Source: a bacterium (GTDB lineage: Bacteria; Patescibacteriota; Minisyncoccia; Phycocordibacterales; Phycocordibacteraceae). From it: a DNA stretch of 39,132 bases. Both the position numbers and the translations under genes were made by a program. The DNA lies in NCBI GenBank assembly GCA_021849125.1, contig JAJZTG010000006.1:1-39132 (forward strand), read 5' to 3'. Of this stretch, positions 35,208 to 39,132 are shown piece by piece (within the stretch, counting starts at the first letter, position 1; each line of letters starts with the position of its first letter). The notes below the pieces were generated by a model, which made no database searches, was not told the DNA's origin, and saw only the letters and a program-made list of their open reading frames with translations.

Positions 35208-36012
35208 CGGCCGGCTTGCGGACAGACGACGACGCAGTCGTCGTCGTGCGCTCGTAGCACTCGCGACACTTCTTGTTTTTACGCTTGTTGGTGTAGTCTA
35301 CGGTCTCCATCAGCCAGCAGTCCGCATCGCGCAAGTGACCATCTATGGTGCCGATCAGTCGCTTGCCGATGTGGCCCGCACAGCGATGCAAGGGTCGTAC
35401 CTCGGCATCATTCCGCGCGACTCGTTCTTTTTCGTGCCGAAAGGAGAGATCCGTTCGAAGATTCTCTCAGCCCATCAGGATATGGCGGCCGTTTCAATCT
35501 TCCGAAACGGTTTCACCGGCCTTTCCATAAAATTGGATTATCGCGTTCCGGTGGCACGCTGGTGCGGTGCGGCGCCCAAGCTCGCGGCCAGCTCGACGTC
35601 TTCCGATGCTTCAAACGGCTGCTACCTTTTCGATGCCAACGGCTACGTCTACGGGCTAAGCGATCCCGATGCTGCACCGCTCAACGCAGCGCTCCTCTAC
35701 GAACCAATTTCATCAGAGAGTATCATCGGCTCGACTTTGCCGAGCGCTGACGTGCTTCCGCCCATCTTCGATTTTGCGCGGCAGTTCGCTTCCTTCGGCT
35801 CACCGGCGGCATCGATCGCCATCCGTAGCGACGAGGTCGACGTGTACGTAAAAAGCGGTACGCGTATCACCTACGTGCTCGGGGAGGAACAGGAGGCGTT
35901 TGCCGCGCTCGTTTCAGCTCGCGCAAACCTAAATCTCGCGGACGGGTCGATCGAGTACGTTGATTTGCGTTTCCCGGGCAAGGTGTATTTGAAAAAAAGA
36001 AACGCGCCGTAG
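35173..36012 (+). CDS. ftsQ: FtsQ/DivIB-like cell division protein
   Basis: Basic N-terminus + single TM + POTRA-like region; C-terminal IEYVDLRFPGKVY. Confidence 0.7.
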   Translation: MSGRASSAEPRSGRLADRRRRSRRRALVALATLLVFTLVGVVYGLHQPAVRIAQVTIYGADQSLADVARTAMQGSYLGIIPRDSFFFVPKGEIRSKILSAHQDMAAVSIFRNGFTGLSIKLDYRVPVARWCGAAPKLAASSTSSDASNGCYLFDANGYVYGLSDPDAAPLNAALLYEPISSESIIGSTLPSADVLPPIFDFARQFASFGSPAASIAIRSDEVDVYVKSGTRITYVLGEEQEAFAALVSARANLNLADGSIEYVDLRFPGKVYLKKRNAP

Positions 36013-36034
36013 AAAGCGCGCGTTTTGCAGCAGG

Positions 36035-36358
36035 TCAGCCGATGCATACGTGGTAGGCCAACGAGAGGGTTATGTAGAACTGTGAAGTGCCTTGGATCTT
36101 CCAGGCTTTTGAGCGGCGCATATTGATACGGACCTCCAGCTTCCCGAGGAATTCCCACGGACGACTGCCGTTTTGCAGCCGTTTCTCAACTCGATGCATC
36201 GAGAGGACGAACAGGTCATCAGCTACGCTCACGTCTTCGACGAAGCCTCTGTAGAGGAGGTCTTGCCATGTTCCGCTAAAGGGTTTGCCGATGAACTTGC
36301 TCGGGTCCGTCAGGATCTTTTGCCAATCTACTTCTGGATCCATGCGTTCGCCTCGCAT
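36035..36358 (-). CDS. hypothetical protein
   Basis: AAAGGAG before ATG; fills the gap between ftsQ and dus. Confidence 0.55.
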   Translation of the reverse strand: MRGERMDPEVDWQKILTDPSKFIGKPFSGTWQDLLYRGFVEDVSVADDLFVLSMHRVEKRLQNGSRPWEFLGKLEVRINMRRSKAWKIQGTSQFYITLSLAYHVCIG

Positions 36359-36443
36359 GATGGACTCCTTTCTTGCTGTTTTTCCGAAGGAGACTATAGC
36401 ACGCAGATTGTGCCCGAGCCATGCAAGATGCTAGGGTACGACT

Positions 36444-37409
36444 ATGTCGTTCTGGAAGGAGCTCAAGAAGCCTTTTTTCGTCATGGCGCCGATGGCCGAT
36501 GTCACCGACGCGGCGTTCCGCGCGCTTGTCGCGAAGCGAGGCGCGCCGAATGTTTTCTGGACCGAGTTCGTCTCGGCTGATGGTCTTTACCACACGCGTG
36601 AGATCGCGAAGATGCCGGACAGTGAGAACCCGCTCATGCGCGATTTAGAGAAGAGTGACGCAGAGCGGCCGATCGTCGCCCAGCTTTTCTCAAGCAATCC
36701 GGAGATGATGGCCTACGCGGCCAAGCTCGTCGCCGAACTCGGCTTCGACGGGATCGATATCAACATGGGGTGCCCCGATCGCTCGATCGAGAAGCAGGGA
36801 AGCGGCGCCGCGATGATGAAGACCCCCGAGGTGGCGCGCGCCGTGATCCTTGCGGCAAAGACCGCGGGTATTCCCGTTTCCGTGAAGACGCGCATCGGGT
36901 ACAACAAGGAGTCGATGGAAGAGTGGCTTCCGGTCGTGCTTGAGATCGCCCCTGAAGCGCTCACGGTGCACTTGCGCACGCGCAAGGAAATGTCCTTGGT
37001 GCCGGCGCATTGGGAGCTCATGCAGAAAGCGGTCGAGATCCGTGACCGTGTGAATCCGAACGTGCGTCTGATCGGCAATGGCGACGTGACGAGTGTCGAA
37101 GAGGGTACGCACCTCGTCGCCGAGACCGGATGCGATGGAGTGATGATCGGGCGCGGCATGTTCGGCAACCCGTGGGTCTTCGCGGGGCGGAAGAGCGAGG
37201 ATACGCCGCTTGAAGAGAAGCTGGAGGCGCTTATCGAGCTCGCGCACGGCTTTGAAGCGCTCACACCCAAAAAGAATTTTTCGATACTGAAAAAGCACAT
37301 CAAGGCGTTCGTCACCGGCTTTGCGGGCGCGGCGGAACTTCGCGCGAAGCTCATGGAGACGGAGTCCGCAGCCGAGCTTGAAGCGGTGATCGCAAGCGCT
37401 GCCCGATAA
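36444..37409 (+). CDS. dus: tRNA-dihydrouridine synthase
   Basis: MAPMADVTD, IDINMGCP, VSVKTRIG, VHLRT, GNGDV, VMIGRG..GNPW. Confidence 0.95.
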   Translation: MSFWKELKKPFFVMAPMADVTDAAFRALVAKRGAPNVFWTEFVSADGLYHTREIAKMPDSENPLMRDLEKSDAERPIVAQLFSSNPEMMAYAAKLVAELGFDGIDINMGCPDRSIEKQGSGAAMMKTPEVARAVILAAKTAGIPVSVKTRIGYNKESMEEWLPVVLEIAPEALTVHLRTRKEMSLVPAHWELMQKAVEIRDRVNPNVRLIGNGDVTSVEEGTHLVAETGCDGVMIGRGMFGNPWVFAGRKSEDTPLEEKLEALIELAHGFEALTPKKNFSILKKHIKAFVTGFAGAAELRAKLMETESAAELEAVIASAAR

Positions 37410-37454
37410 AAAAGAAAACGCCCGCCAAGACCAGGAGGTCAAGGCGGGCTGCTG

Positions 37455-37775
37455 CTAACGAGCGATCTTGCCGATGAACAAACCTCCTTGGAGGCTCACC
37501 TCGGTCCTCGGGTCAAGCAACCAGATGCGGCTGCTGAGGACGAAAGGGGCAAGTTCCTCAGGGTTGATTTCCATGGAGGCGAATGGTTCCGGCATCTCCA
37601 TCAGCTGTCCGGCAGATTCCTGCAGGTACGCTTCATCCTGACTCAAGGTCCTGTTCCTATCAGGGTAAAAGCTGAAGCGTTCCTCACCGGGTTTGCGGTA
37701 GAGGAAATCAAGCTCGATCTGGGCGTCGGGCTGGAGATCTTCCGGGATAACCAAGTAGGCAATCTTCACTTCCAC
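37455..37775 (-). CDS. hypothetical acidic protein
   Basis: GAAGGAG before GTG; TTGACA upstream. Confidence 0.55.
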   Translation of the reverse strand: MEVKIAYLVIPEDLQPDAQIELDFLYRKPGEERFSFYPDRNRTLSQDEAYLQESAGQLMEMPEPFASMEINPEELAPFVLSSRIWLLDPRTEVSLQGGLFIGKIAR

Positions 37776-37881
37776 GATTCTCTCCTTCGCGAGAAAAGTT
37801 CTGCATGTATATAACCGTATGAAATATATTTGTCAATTTCCCGCGGCGGGCTGACACCGACTCTGGTATACTCGAAGCATC

Positions 37882-38910
37882 ATGGCTCATCAGTCGCTCT
37901 ACCGCACCTACCGTCCCGGATCCTTCGCGGACGTCATCGGCCAAGAGCACATCACGAAGCCCTTGGAGGAAGCGATCAAGGGTAAGACGATCGGCCACGC
38001 CTACCTCTTCTCCGGCAGCCGCGGCCTCGGGAAGACTTCCGTCGCGCGCATCCTCGCAAACGCTATTGGCGCGACCGAACGCGACATCGCGGAGATCGAT
38101 GCCGCGAGCAACAACAGCGTCGAGGACATCCGTGCGCTCACGGAAAACGTCTACACACTCCCGTTCGAGTCGCCGTACAAGGTCTACATCCTCGACGAGG
38201 CGCACATGCTCTCGAAGGGTGCTTGGAATGCCTTCTTGAAGACGCTTGAGGAGCCGCCGTCACACGCGGTCTTCGTGCTTGCCACGACCGAGCTCGAGAA
38301 GGTACCCGAGACCGTGCAATCGCGCTGCCAGGTCTTCGAGTTCAAGAAGCCGTCGCGCGCGGCGCTCGCGAAGATGGTGGCGGCCGTCGCGAAGAAAGAG
38401 GGCTACACGCTCGAGAAGGATGCGGCCGAGCTCGTCGCGATGCTTGCGGGCGGCTCGTACCGCGACGCGCTTTCCGTCTTGCAGAAGGTGCTCGCCTCGG
38501 CAGAAGGCACGACACTTGCGCGCGCTTCCGTAGAAGAGGCGACCGGCACCCCGCGCCAAGAGCAAGTACACGCGCTCGTCTCGGCACTCGCTAAGGGCGA
38601 TCGCGCTCTTGCGCTCAAGGCAGTAGGGGAGACAGCAGTAGCCGGAGCGGACATGAAGCTCTTCCTTGAGCTCGTGCTCGGGACGCTCCGCTCGGCGCTC
38701 CTCATCCGCTATGCACCCGAGATGCGCGATACACTTGCCGCAGAGCTCGGCGAAGACGAGTTTGCCGCGCTTGAGCAACTTGGAAGTCCAACTTCCAAGT
38801 TGACGCATGCGACCATGCTCGCTTTCCTCACGGCCGCAGACCGCATCCGCTTCGCGCCTATCCCGGCGATCCCGCTTGAGCTCGCCATCCTCGAACTCTT
38901 TCCCGAATAG
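37882..38910 (+). CDS. dnaX: DNA polymerase III subunit gamma/tau (short)
   Basis: LYRTYRP, GSRGLGKTS, EIDAASN, ILDEAHML, LKTLEEPP, SRCQ. Confidence 0.96.
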   Translation: MAHQSLYRTYRPGSFADVIGQEHITKPLEEAIKGKTIGHAYLFSGSRGLGKTSVARILANAIGATERDIAEIDAASNNSVEDIRALTENVYTLPFESPYKVYILDEAHMLSKGAWNAFLKTLEEPPSHAVFVLATTELEKVPETVQSRCQVFEFKKPSRAALAKMVAAVAKKEGYTLEKDAAELVAMLAGGSYRDALSVLQKVLASAEGTTLARASVEEATGTPRQEQVHALVSALAKGDRALALKAVGETAVAGADMKLFLELVLGTLRSALLIRYAPEMRDTLAAELGEDEFAALEQLGSPTSKLTHATMLAFLTAADRIRFAPIPAIPLELAILELFPE

Positions 38911-38937
38911 GCTCTCAAGTGTTAGTCTGGTCAATAT

Positions 38938-39008
38938 TGGGAGATCGTCTAATGGTAGGACAGCGGGTTTTGGTCCCGTCAATCTAGGTTCGAGTCCTAG
39001 TCTCCCAG
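38938..39008 (+). tRNA. tRNA-Gln(TTG)
   Basis: TGGGAGA..GCGGG TT TTG GT CCCGT..CTAGGTTCGAGTCCTAG TCTCCCAG. Confidence 0.95.
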
Positions 39009-39132
39009 CAATCGTGGATTTTTTGAGTAGAGTTCGCCCAAATGCTTTGCAGTTGCAAGCTTTTTCTTTGGTTCTAACCCTGCGGATATTTTACGCGTCT
39101 CGGTAGCCATAGTTGTTATCGGGAACAGCAGA

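Noticed and set aside
10427-39008. None of the tRNA genes encodes 3' CCA
   Set aside because: Common in many bacteria; only implies a CCA-adding enzyme elsewhere

Overview
This looks like a chromosomal window from a small-genome bacterium, most likely Patescibacteria/CPR (Parcubacteria-like). That is inferred from the tandem VirB2-like pilin array, N-terminally truncated IF-2, free-standing LAGLIDADG gene beside tRNAs and widespread leaderless-type starts; TGA is used as stop. The housekeeping backbone is gyrA, rbfA-infB, IscS-like desulfurase, clpB, rpmG, miaA, ahpC, parB, rel, topA, EEP nuclease, dprA, serS, ftsQ-like, dus and dnaX. It is interleaved with about a dozen solo orphan genes, most with their own promoter and Shine-Dalgarno signals. 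Seven ordinary tRNA genes are present (Leu-TAG, Lys-CTT, Leu-TAA, Cys-GCA, Trp-CCA, Leu-CAA, Gln-TTG). The most unusual biology is around the tRNAs. (1) A complete tRNA-Leu(CAA) is nested inside an older tRNA-Leu(CAA) gene that is split by two CCCC..GGGG palindromic insertions. (2) A family of structured tRNA-3' elements at Lys, Trp and Leu carries target-specific antisense copies of the host tRNA T-arm/acceptor strand and, at two loci, rejoins tRNA sequence exactly at position 60; the Lys copy is amplified as a 164-bp tandem repeat. (3) A 101-nt Ser-type tRNA body has a Gly (TCC) anticodon loop that is the exact reverse complement of a Ser(GGA) loop, enclosed in 16-bp inverted repeats. (4) A LAGLIDADG ORF reads through tRNA-Cys. 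Also notable are a pilin fused to an M15-type Zn peptidase and two unannotated structured ncRNA candidates. All calls are from manual reading; no database searches were run.
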